Below, in pieces: positions 52,214-64,000 of a DNA stretch of 64,000 bases. The DNA is taken from positions 61,070,470 through 61,134,469 of the forward strand of contig NC_068990.1 in the NCBI RefSeq assembly GCF_001194135.2, given 5' to 3'. The notes beneath the pieces were generated by a model. The model saw only the letters and a program-made list of their open reading frames with translations, did not search any database and had not been told where the DNA came from. The DNA comes from Octopus bimaculoides (lineage: Eukaryota). The position numbers and the translations under genes are program-made. How positions within the stretch are numbered: the first letter of the stretch is position 1; the number at the start of each line of letters is the position of its first letter.

Positions 52214-53565
52214 TACACACACACACACACACACACACAAATACACACACACAAATATATATATATATATGGCTCAGAAATACTAAGAATTTGTATCTCT
52301 AAACAACATATGAACTACATATGTCTATAAATCTTTGTGTGTTTTATGATGAGTAGAGTTATATAATTACTTTAATTGTTTTTCTATGTCTTTATTGTTC
52401 ATTATGTATTAAATACAATATAATCATTTATGTTGTTTAGACCAAACTTAAATAACAAAATAAATGGTAAACTTTCCCACTGTTTCTCCATTTCATTCAG
52501 GAGTTAAGATATTTCAACTAAAAGATATTACAGACTTTTCACGGCCACATCATTTATTCCTCCTTTATCTTTTTATCTTTCAAAGAATCAGTTATTCTAC
52601 ATTGACATTTGCAAGGCTGATACTTGCTGCAAAATGTTAATTCTCAGAAGGAAAAAAAAAGAAAGAAAAAAGAAAAAAAGAAAAGAAAAAGAAAAATAGA
52701 AAAAAGGAAAACAAATAAATAAATAAAGCGACTTGTTTGGTTTAACAATAATTCTATATAATTCTCTATAACATTCTATAGTTTATTTATTTATCATTAT
52801 CATCATTCTTGTATTTTGAATTCAGTTGCTCTGGCCTTCCTTTTCATCCCTTTATTTGGTTAAATGCTTCTGGAAGTATTCTATCAAAATGCAATGCTAT
52901 GTTTCACCCCCAAACCGATACCAATGTTCACAAGACAAGAGCAACCTGTCTGTATTGATATCTAAACCACCTCCAGGCCAATTTCATTTAACACAAGAAT
53001 ACTAACAATACAGTAATCAGACTACAAGGGGAAAGATCATTCTCTATTTCTAAGGAAATATTGCAGTATTAAAGAGAGCATCTTTGTAATTTGTGTAACT
53101 GGAGAAATAAAATCGCTCCAATCTTTGGGGTACCAGTTCTATGACTAAACGGATTAGTTCCATTCTTTGATGTCTTTCAGTAATTTCATGGACAATCTGG
53201 TGAGAATAGATTCTTTTTATATGGGTTTTGGTATTTTATTTAATACCTGGTACGTCTGTTTAATGTTGTGTAACACTATATGAGTTTTATATACATGCAT
53301 ACACACACAAATACACACACAAATACACACACATAGATATACATAGATATACATACATATACATATATATATATATATATANNNNNNNNNNNNNNNNNNN
53401 NNNNNNNNNNNNNNNNNNNNNNNNNNNNNNNNNNNNNNNNNNNNNNNNNNNNNNNNNNNNNNNNNNNNNNNNNNNNNNNNNNNNNNNNNNNNNNNNNNNN
53501 NNNNNNNNNNNNNNNNNNNNNNNNNNNNNNNNNNNNNNATGTATATGTATATATATATATGTGTG

Positions 53566-53632
<67 letters not shown>

Positions 53633-53790
53633 CAATAAAAATAATAATAAACGTGAAGTGAAGAATAAGTATATTGTGCATATGGTTATTTGACCATCCT
53701 CAAATATAACAACATACACACACACACATACACAAACACATACACACACACATGTATGCATGTATATACACATATGTACATAAACGTGTG

Positions 53791-53828
<38 letters not shown>

Positions 53829-54189
53829 GCATACATATATACATATATGTATATTGTATACATGTGTGTATGTATATATTATTCACACATACATGCACAC
53901 TCACACTATATGCATTTTGATGAAACAGCCAGTGAAGGGAGCCCTCTATGTAGTCAATCTATCTGCTAGAAGTAGCAGCCAAATCTCTCACAAATTTCAC
54001 CTTGCCATCTTAGGGATGGGTACATTGGGTGAAGTAGGCCTGGATGCACAGTGCACTGTATCTGGGAAAGAAATTAGACGGTCATGACTGGAAAACTTTT
54101 GACCAAAGCTCTGCTTAACCAGGACTGACCTGCAGTTAAACATCAATATGTTTTGTTTTGAATATGTATAATTAAAAGCATATCTATTC

Positions 54190-54600
54190 TTCAGTTATAA
54201 TTGTTTTAGTCAGGAAACAAGATTTTTACAGTGATGGCCTGAATCTGTAGTCTTCAAATCAGCTTTCTCCATTCTGATTTTGAGAAGCCTAATTTCTCAA
54301 GATTGGTATTTAGGCAGTGTGTTACATATCCCAGTGCCCCAATAATTACAGATATAAACCTGAACTTGTAATCTGCATAGAATAACTGTAGATTTCTCAA
54401 TAGTTCAGCATAAGTATTTTCTTTTGCGCTGATCTTCAGCTTTATGTTAACATCCACTGGGCAGCTGATTTCCATAACTACACACAGCTTCTTATTCCTA
54501 TCCCAAATCACCATATCAGGTCTATTATGTTTACATTTTACTGAGGTTTTCACTGGGATTTTCCTTTTCATAATGAGTGGCTATGGTTTCTACTATACTG
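54190..54600 (-). pseudogene. RLE-type (R4/NeSL-like) non-LTR retrotransposon endonuclease fragment 1
   Basis: HNRPDMVIWD..EISCP..KENTY..VIIGALG: the RPD..E..K/Y restriction-like endonuclease motif. Confidence 0.85.
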
Positions 54601-54737
54601 TGGGTTATTATTTCTTTGTATGTATGTATGTATGTATGTATGTATGTTCTTTTTCTCTTTTTAATATATAGTAAATTTTGACCAGCTACCGACTTGGTAG
54701 TAAGGTTGTGAAGGGAAGTATCTTATTTCAACCATTA

Positions 54738-55140
54738 TCATTTAAATCTTAAGAAGGTCTTGCAGATTGTTATAGTCTCTGATATCATGATCATTTGTAG
54801 CATATTAATTAAGGATTTGTATTCTCTCCCCAAGATTCCAAGTTCAGCCATACTTTGCTTCAGAAAGGTTGGTGTGTATCTTGTTGCTCCAATAATAACA
54901 GGTATGAAGTTGAAATTGAATTTGCAAACTTCTTATCAATGGTCCATAAATGTCCTCTTTCTCTTGTATTTTTGGACCGCATTTGTGCCCAGAGGGTAGC
55001 CAATTTCCACAACAGAACATTTTTTTTGTGTGGTCCCACAAAACGATATCTGGTCAGTTGTATTTTTAATTTGGTGGCTGTTTTAATGTTTAAGATCCAC
55101 TAATATTCTTTAGACATATTCTTTAGACCCATTGGTCTCA
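54738..55140 (-). pseudogene. RLE-type non-LTR endonuclease fragment 2 (divergent, more decayed)
   Basis: N*PDIVLWD..IQEKEDIYGPLIRSLQ..IPVIIGA..TICKTFLRFK* across frameshifts. Confidence 0.75.
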
Positions 55141-55790
55141 AAATGGTCAACTTCATTTATAGATATTTTCTTTTTTGATATCCTGTTCCAGACTGTTCTA
55201 GTATCATGCCCCGTGTATGTATGTGTGTGCGTATATGTTTACACATGTATGTATGTATGTATGTATGTATGTATGTATGTATGTATGGATAAATATATGT
55301 ATATATGTAGGTATATAAGTATGCATGTATGTATGCATGCATGTATGTATGTATGTATGTATGTGTGTATGTATGTATGTATGTATGTATGTATGTATGC
55401 ATGCATGTATGTATGTATGTATGTATGTATGTATGTATGTATGTATACACCTCATACAGAACTTTAGTCAAATGAATTATGTTTTTAACATGAAGAAATG
55501 TTTGGTACATTTCTCAATTGATTCTTCATGAATTGAAAACAGTTTTTACAACACACACAAAATGAAACAAGATAAAACTACTTGCTGCTAGATGTAAACA
55601 ATAACTGCGGTTAATGAGGTCCCAATTGATCAGAATTGAACATTTTATTTTGTGTTTGATTACTTTATGTGAGCGTAGTGTGTGTATATATATATCACTG
55701 GAAAATATGTTGGTGTGTGTATAGATAGATAGATAGATAGATACATACATACATACATACATACATACATGCATGCATGTATATATACAT

Positions 55791-55821
<31 letters not shown>

Positions 55822-56228
55822 CACATATTCANNNNNNNNNNNNNNNNNNNNNNNNNNNNNNNNNNNNNNNNNNNNNNNNNNNNNNNNNNNNNNNNNNNNN
55901 NNNNNNNNNNNNNNNNNNNNNNNNNNNNNNNNNNNNNNNNNNNNNNNNNNNNNNNNNNNNNNNNNNNNNNNNNNNNNNNNNNNNNNNNNNNNNNNNNNNN
56001 NNNNNNNNNNNNNNNNNNNNNNNNNNNNNNNNNNNNNNNNNNNNNNNNNNNNNNNNNNNNNNNNNNNNNNNNNNNNNNNNNNNNNNNNNNNNNNNNNNNN
56101 NNNNNNNNNNNNNNNNNNNNNNNNNNNNNNNNNNNNNNNNNNNNNNNNNNNNNNNNNNNNNNNNNNNNNNNNNNNNNNNNNNNNNNNNNNNNNNNNNNNN
56201 NNNNNNNNNNNNNNNNNNNNNNNATATA

Positions 56229-56271
<43 letters not shown>

Positions 56272-57970
56272 GTATATGATATATGATATCAAGTACATCA
56301 AGTACATCAAGTACGTCAACATCAGATGAAATCAAATCACAATCAAATGGAAATTGTAGTTGTGGTCTCTGTGCTGGTGGCACATAAAAAGTACCATCTG
56401 AACGTGGTCGATGTCAGGCCCCTCACCCCAACTAGCTTCTGTGTTGGTAGCATATAAAAAGTAACATCCAAACATGACCAATGCCATCACTGCCTTGACT
56501 GGCTCCCATACTGGTGGCACCTAAAAAGCACCAACCAATCATAGTCAATGCCAGCCCCCTGTGGGCTCTGTGCCGGTGGCACATAAAAAAACACCCACTA
56601 CACTCTCAGAGTGGTTGGCATTAGGAAAGGCATCCAGCTGTAGATACATTGCCAGATCAGACTGGAGCCTGGTGCAGCCTCCTGGCTTTCCAGACTCCGG
56701 TCGAACTGTCCAACCCATGCCAGCATGGAAAACAGACGTTAAACGATGATAATGTATATACCCCTACACACATATTATACCCCCACATATTTAACCCCTC
56801 CCACACACATATTGTACCCCTACACACACACACTAACATAAAGCCCCCATGACCTTAACCAATATAGAAAGAAAACAGACTAATGAATACAATTATATAT
56901 ACCTACACCTCTGGAAAAAATGTTATACATATGACAACACTACACACTCCATCCCCACAAGAGCACCACACTTAATAGCACATACATTTCCCACAAACAC
57001 TTTAAGATAACTCTTACCAGCTTTACAGTGAACCCAACCAAGAGGCATAACTCTAAACCTAATCCCATGCTCATATTCGTTTCACCATCTTTTTCATAGC
57101 AATCGCAAACTGGATGTGTCCATTCACTTCCGACAACAAAGAACAATCACCATATTCCTTTCCACATCAGCTAACTCTGATGAATGTAAGGTTATATAAT
57201 CAGATTGTTACCTAACACTCCATCGTATTCCTTGTGTGAAGCTGATGGGTAAGATCAGCAGTGATGCATATATAATACTGTACATTTTGGATAATATACC
57301 CACTCTATTGACAAATATATGAGTGCATCTTTTCCCTGACTTACAAACACTTAGACACCTCATGTGTGTGTGTGTATATATGTGTATATATATACGTGGA
57401 TATTTATAGATATATATATATATGAATATATAAAGTAACAAACTAAGGAAAGGAATTCCTTCAAAGGGGTGTGTAAAACATACTGGTATGTCAGTTGAAT
57501 ACCATATAAATATGGGTATAATGCAAATTACAAACAATAAATTAAACAGAGAGATTCAATTCACAATCCAATAATTTATTCATATTACAATATGAATAAT
57601 ATACTATGAATATAATATAAAATAACATAAAAAATCATTGAAAAGCAAAAGAGTCAACAATTTGTTTCAACTTACAACAATTTGTCTCAACTTTCAGTAA
57701 TCCAGCTTGGTGAAACGTATGTGTATATATTTATATATATATGTGTGTGTGTATATATAATAGAAATATGTTACAAAAAGAAAATAGAAGCTACACGTGG
57801 AAATGTAAGGAGAAAGTAAGAAGAAAAATAAGCAAAATGCACATTGGGAATCAAAAAAAGTAAAGGCATTTTATGAAAAGTAACAATAGATATATGCAAT
57901 TAGATGAACTGAGGTAGGAATAAAAGTAATAAAAGTCATTATTGTGAATTGTTAAAGATATATATATATG

Positions 57971-58015
<45 letters not shown>

Positions 58016-58019
58016 GTAT

Positions 58020-59304
58020 ATGTATGTCCACAAAGTCTGGGTACATGAGGATTAACATATATTTTTAAAACAAAACAATTTTATTTAATTATAATGTTAA
58101 TAAATAATATTTTCAAAATGATTTCCATCATTTTCAATGCATAACTTGATGCGCCTTGCAAAATTCAGGTGAACTCGATTAAATAAGTCTACATTGCCAT
58201 CAATTTCAGCTCACTGACTGGTAATGCGTTCTCTCATGTGGTTTAAATCTGTAATCTTTATTGAATAAACTTTCTCTTTCAACATACCCCAGAAAAAGAA
58301 GTCAAGGGGAGAAAGGTCTGGTGAACGAGGGCACCATTCCACATGACCCCTTCTTCCAATCCAGTGAGAAAAAGTGTCATTAAGCCAATCTCTAACAGTT
58401 GTGGCAAAATGGGTAGGGGCCCCATCCTGCTGAAACCAATTCGGAAGTCCCTTACCTAGGTGCTCAATTTGTGGTATTAGTTTGTCTCTCAACATGTTTA
58501 AATAAGTCTCACCCATTACATGTTCATCAAAGAAGAAGGGTCCTAGCACATGAGCTTTCCATAAACCATACCACACCATCACCTTTTTGCTGCCTTGCTG
58601 TTTGGATGGATCCGTTCAATGTGGATTACCTCAAGACCAGTATCGAAAATTCTGTCTGTTGATAAAACGTAGCTTCATCACTGAACAACACAAAGTTTTT
58701 AGTAAAATTGATATTTTCATCCAATTTATCTGAAAACCATTCGCTCATCTGCATTCGTCTATCAGGGTCATCTTCATTTAAGTGATGCAATAGCTGTAGC
58801 TTGTATGGATCAAACTTTTCTTCAACCAGGATTTTGTGGATGGTTGATTTTGGAACCTAACACCGTGGATGTCCAACGAAGTGATTTCTTTGGGCTAGCA
58901 GAAACCTTGGGCTTGACAGTCTCTTTCATTTCATCTGAAGTCTTTGGTCGCCCAGAACGGGATTTATCCAAAACACTGCCTGTTTCTTTAAACTTCTTGA
59001 TCAATTTCCCGACAGCAATAAAATAAATAGGTTGCCTATAAGGGTATCGAAGATTAAATTCTTCCGCAAATTTTGTGATAAGACAATCCCTCTCGTCCAC
59101 TTAAGAGTACTAGCTTGATTCTTTCTTCTTTAGACAGAGCCATCATTCGATCTGGGTAGAAAAAATAACATAAATAAATTTAGAAAAGTAAAGTATTTTT
59201 TATTTGATTTAAACAAAAGTAAAAAAGGAAAATTATTTCTTATATTTAATTGTTTATGTTATGATTTTATTTACTCCATGTACCCAGACTTTGTGGACAC
59301 CCTA
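58020..59304 (-). mobile_element. Near full-length Tc1/mariner element of the DD41D (rosa-like) type, ~1.29 kb, frameshifted transposase (58097-59143)
   Basis: TIR core TGTCCACAAAGTCTGGGTACATG at both ends, in TA repeats. Transposase MALSKEERIK..SGRP..FSDEATF..FQQDGAP..WIGR..PRSPDLSPLD..CIENDGNHFE; D-D spacing is 40 in this copy. Confidence 0.92.
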
Positions 59305-59921
59305 TATATATATATATAGATTCAAGGTGAATATGGTACTTAAGTTTAGACACCAGAATTAAGTATGGTATTATCCATACAATTTCAAAACAAGGTGATT
59401 AAAAGTCAAAATAAGCAACAAGGATATNNNNNNNNNNNNNNNNNNNNNNNNNNNNNNNNNNNNNNNNNNNNNNNNNNNNNNNNNNNNNNNNNNNNNNNNN
59501 NNNNNNNNNNNNNNNNNNNNNNNNNNNNNNNNNNNNNNNNNNNNNNNNNNNNNNNNNNNNNNNNNNNNNNNNNNNNNNNNNNNNNNNNNNNNNNNNNNNN
59601 NNNNNNNNNNNNNNNNNNNNNNNNNNNNNNNNNNNNNNNNNNNNNNNNNNNNNNNNNNNNNNNNNNNNNNNNNNNNNNNNNNNNNNNNNNNNNNNNNNNN
59701 NNNNNNNNNNNNNNNNNNNNNNNNNNNNNNNNNNNNNNNNNNNNNNNNNNNNNNNNNNNNNNNNNNNNNNNNNNNNNNNNNNNNNNNNNNNNNNNNNNNN
59801 NNNNNNNNNNNNNNNNNNNNNNNNNNNNNNNNNNNNNNNNNNNNNNNNNNNNNNNNNNNNNNNNNNNNNNNNNNNNNNNNNNNNNNNNNNNNNNNNNNNN
59901 NNNNNNNNNNNNNNNNNNNNN

Positions 59922-59955
<34 letters not shown>

Positions 59956-60195
59956 ATATACTTTTTTTTTATTAAAGTTACAAAAACATCACAAAAATCT
60001 GTTACTCAGAGTTTCACGTACCCGTTCATTAGACAGTTGTGATCAATGCCTTCAATATTCAAGTACTATTTTTTCCACCTTGTTTTGTATTTATGTACTT
60101 ACTGATGTTAGTGTGTATATACATGGCTGTACATTAGGTAAATGTATTTGAAAGTTGTGGTTTCTTTGGTTTGTTTATTTGTTCCCAAACAACAC

Positions 60196-60307
60196 TTATT
60201 TTAGTGCTGTTGACACTGCTGGATTGAATGGTACTGCCCAGGTGTTGAAATCATAATGATATCCATATGGCAGCTGATGATGGAGGTATGTTTGACTGTT
60301 GGTATAG
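60196..60307 (-). CDS. Candidate terminal coding exon (unassigned product)
   Basis: ataatacttttccacAG acceptor; frame YTNSQTYLHHQLPYGYHYDFNTWAVPFNPAVSTALK* followed by AATAAA; phase-compatible with the 63426-63481 candidate. Confidence 0.3.
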
Positions 60308-61169
60308 CTGTGGAAAAGTATTATAACACATCCTTTTGATATATATATATTATATATTATATATATATATATGAATTTTTATATATATACACTTACATGC
60401 AGGCATACATACATACATATATATACGTACATACATATATACATATATATAGACATGCACACACACACGCATAGGAAGGGCATCCAGCTGTAGAAACTCT
60501 GCCAAATCAGACTGGAGCCTGGTGTTGCCATCCGGTTTCACCAGTCCTCAGTCAAATCGTCCAACCCATGCTAGCATGGAAAGCGGACGTTAAACGATGA
60601 TGATGATGATGATGATGATATGAAATGTACTGGAGTGATTTGTCAATAAGTTTGTATATAGTTAATTTTATGATTCCATGTATGTCAATGGTATTCCAGT
60701 ATGGCCTGGGTTATTATGGTTAAAATAATCAAAACAACATGTATGAATATTTGTATGTGTGAATGTGGGTATATATGTATGCATGCATGTGTGTATGTAT
60801 GTATGTATGTATGCATGTATGTATGTGTGTGTTTGTGTATGTACNNNNNNNNNNNNNNNNNNNNNNNNNNNNNNNNNNNNNNNNNNNNNNNNNNNNNNNN
60901 NNNNNNNNNNNATATGTATGCATGCATGTGTGTATGTATGTATGTATGTATGCATGTATGTATGTGTGTGTTTGTGTATGTACGCATGTATGTGTGTATG
61001 AATGTGATGCTTCCTGCAGTTATATCAGGATAGTAGCTGGTCAAAAGAGATGAATTCATTATATTCTAGACTAAGGAAATTAAACTTCACAGATGATTAC
61101 AGATACATGATACACGTCTCATGAAAATGTACTGCAGTGCAGATATTACACTGATGATGGTGATGGGGG

Positions 61170-61216
<47 letters not shown>

Positions 61217-62746
61217 TTGTGGAGTGGGAGATGGATGTGGGATCATAGTGATGATCCACATTGTTAATTCTGTATCAAACATTTAATGCAAAGTTAATTA
61301 CTTAAGATGAAAGTTCATCTATAGAATAGCTCAGAATTTCAAAGAAATTAAACAAGAAGACAGACAGTTGAAACTAGAAAAGAAAGGAATTGTCCGCTTA
61401 TGCTTTTATTATAACTTTCTAATATTTGTATCCACTACACCTTTATTCAACTCACTTGAAGAATTAGAGCACAAACCATTATATGTAAAGCTAATTGCAT
61501 GATCTTTAAATCTGATTATTGAAATATTGGTCATCTCAAATTTAAGCGGACTTTATCTTGAAATGGAGCTAGTTTTAATAACTGTGGGTTGGTAAGAAGT
61601 TATTGATATTCTTGTGAGCTCTGATGATGTATCAGTTTTGATATTGTGGTACAAGATAAAAGGATTGTTAAACCAGTTCTTAAATACTAGACAAATATTA
61701 CTCCGTAATTTCTGCAAAGTTCTACAATTGCCAAGAAACATTATCATATCAATGGTTATTGTGAATAGAATTGATACTTATTACCATTTAACCTTTGAAT
61801 TGCCAGCCAAATTTTTTGTAACTGAAGAACAAGTTGCACTCTTATAGGAACAACATGCTAAAATATTAACATTTGGAGTGTGTTATATATTTCTTTAAGA
61901 TTTAATATTTACAGTCTCTAGCACCTGGGTCTATGAAGTTCACCTCACCAATCTGTTTAATGCTTTTAAAGAAAGCATGAATACCAAGAATATTCTGCCT
62001 TCCCTCTAAAAGGAAGCCTTGGATCTTGTTTGGAAATTTGTAAAGTTTTCAATTCCAGTATTTTTTTTTTTTTTTTTTTTTTTGAGAAGTACATACTTTG
62101 TTGTAGAGAAACAATATCATCCTGCAAGAATTTGTAATTACTCAATAGGAGAATGGAAATCTTATCCTGGTACAGATACCAAATGTTTCATTTTGAAAAC
62201 TGGTCAGAGTTGCAGTCAGGATAAATATCCAAAGAGAAAATTGTAATGACAAGACATCTGCAACATTCTAATAAACAAGAAGCAGCAACTTAACAGGATG
62301 CAATGAAATACCAAAATGGATTGGCTAATGAAAGGAGGTTTGGACAATGGAAGAAGTCTGGCCAATGAAGGCACCATTCAGAATGATGTGTGCATAAAGT
62401 CATAGGGCTGTTTAAATATCTAAATTAGTAACCTGAAACTTGAGTGACAGATAAACCCAAAGTTTAAATAAATGAAGTAACTCAGTAACTTGTATTGAGT
62501 GCAATCTTCATCTTTTATTTACAAACTAAATATATGGTGGAGAGGGTAATGAGATTTATTTGTGGCTAGGGTTTTGCTAGTTTGACTCAGAGCTTAACCA
62601 TTCAGCACATCGGGTAATAGGGAAAGGACGCTGAACTTATGAGTAAGTTACAATATATTTGAAAATAAATATATAAATAAATAGATATGTATGTATGCAT
62701 TTATGTATGTATGTATGTATGTATGTATGTATGGATGGATGGATGG

Positions 62747-62966
62747 ATGAGGAGAAGCTGAAAAGTTCCTGACTTTAAGGGTATCATGAAAGGTATAGTT
62801 GGAGGCCCAACATTCTGAGCTCCTTTTACAGGGCTTAGAAAAACTGAAGGACCACTGCAATAAGTATGTTAATCTGAGAGAGAAATATATTGAGTAAAAT
62901 CATAATTGACTGAACCTTCTGTATTTTCTTTTACCCAAAGCCAAGAACTTTTCAGCACCTCCTTGT
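62747..62966 (+). mobile_element. mariner-derived MITE (220 bp)
   Basis: TIRs ..GCTGAAAAGTTCCTGACTTT / AAAGCCAAGAACTTTTCAGC..; retains the transposase C-terminus LQGLEKLKDHCNKYVNLREKYIE*. Confidence 0.8.
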
Positions 62967-63425
62967 GTATGTGTACATATGTATGTATGTTTTTCTTTGA
63001 GTTTTATTTAGGTTCTTCTTAAGAGAGTTCAAGCCAGTTGATAACAAAACGTTGAGACTTTTTGAGTTAAGAGCATTCGCAGCATTTGTAAATATGTGGT
63101 TGAGTTGAGAAGTGCCAATGCATACACCCAAGTGTGTGTATTTATTCACATAAAGAATCTCAGATGGAAAATCTTTGGAATGTCTCGCAAATCTTCACTG
63201 TGCCACTAATAGATTGGATTTGGAGAAACCACATCAGTTTCTTTTGCCCTTTCTAGGTTTTTATGTAAATTTGTAGGTACATTACCTAAGTCAGTGTATG
63301 AGAGCTATAAGTTCTGCATTAATTCTCCATATCTATATGCATAAATATACTCATAGTCTGTTGCCCTATAGTTGATGGTGAAATGGTCGCCTTCTATTTC
63401 TGCCTTATTTATGTTTAAAATTTAC

Positions 63426-63481
63426 CTGAAGATGGTGGGTTTTGCCATGACGTAATCTAAGAGTGCATCAATAAAATTCTG
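63426..63481 (-). CDS. Candidate internal coding exon (unassigned product)
   Basis: tgtttcAG acceptor (alternative at 63490) and CAG|GTAAAT donor; translation QNFIDALLDYVMAKPTIF. Confidence 0.35.
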
Positions 63482-64000
63482 CTGAAACAGCTGTTGTGAA
63501 CTTTGAACCTCACTTGTGTTCTTCTTTTGTGTGTGCATGTGTGCGCACGTGTGCATGTGTGTGTGCATGCAAGTACGAGTGCATGCAAGTATGAGTGCAT
63601 GCATGCGTGGGCATGTGCACATGTGTGCGTGTGTGTATGAGTGTGTATGTGTAAATGTGGTCTTGAGATGAGTGGAACAAATGCAAGTGGTGAAGGTGGG
63701 ATGGCTTGGTTTGTTGGGCTTGTGAAGTGTATTGCGGATATTAAGAGTTGTTCCAGTGGTAATGTTAGTGGTTGCAGATAGAAGTAGAGATAAGGAGATG
63801 TGATGGTGTTCTGTGTAGAAGTGGGTTTGGGTTGTGAGAAGCATGGTTCCTGAGTAGTTTCAGACAGAATCACTAGACACTAAACTGATGAAATGATTCC
63901 TCCCTATAGAAACCCACATGGCAAACTGCAACTTATGAATATGGTATGATTCAGTTTTCTGGATATGTATAGGTTTTAGGTTTTTATGCAAATGAAGATG

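Noticed and set aside
53120-53200. Minus-strand exon IVHEITERHQRMELIRLVIEL
   Set aside because: The acceptor is plausible but the donor is weak (GTACCC), and no compatible neighbour or homology was recognised.
57170-57230. CTCTGATGAA as a hammerhead start
   Set aside because: No downstream GAAA or stem II/III.
62581-62642. AG..GTAAGT-bounded segment
   Set aside because: Stops in all frames and a weak pyrimidine tract.
63421-63498. Plus-strand hammerhead (TTTAC-CTGAAGA..GAAAC-AGCT-GTT-GTGAA)
   Set aside because: Stem II is poor and the triplet is GUU; the motif is equally explained as the reverse complement of exon boundaries. Kept only as an alternative reading.

Overview
AT-rich, repeat-dominated eukaryotic draft-assembly DNA with 14 N-gaps (949-958, 2221-3192, 9612-10284, 14739-15111, 17654-17914, 18613-18750, 29178-29483, 39056-39123, 42134-42315, 44694-44905, 53382-53538, 55832-56223, 59428-59921, 60845-60910). 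The dense (TA)n/(CATA)n/(GATA)n/(CAT)n/(TTA)n microsatellites and SINE set suggest a coleoid cephalopod (Octopus-like) genome; this is an inference from repeat style, not a database match. There is no intact long host ORF: most ORF-track entries are microsatellite or N-gap artefacts. Recognisable coding remnants are all transposon-derived: Ty3/gypsy pol with a 3' LTR, two Penelope-like GIY-YIG fragments, two RLE-type non-LTR fragments, RTE LINE 3' ends, and three Tc1/mariner lineages. At least four SINE families and several MITEs are present. The most unusual signals are (i) several unrelated type I hammerhead-ribozyme motifs, repeatedly embedded in inverted-repeat or fold-back structures, and (ii) a ~4.7 kb nested inverted-repeat block (30.3-35.0 kb) centred on a Penelope endonuclease fragment. 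A few isolated candidate exons could not be assigned to a gene. Element boundaries were read by eye and are approximate unless TIR/TSD coordinates are quoted.
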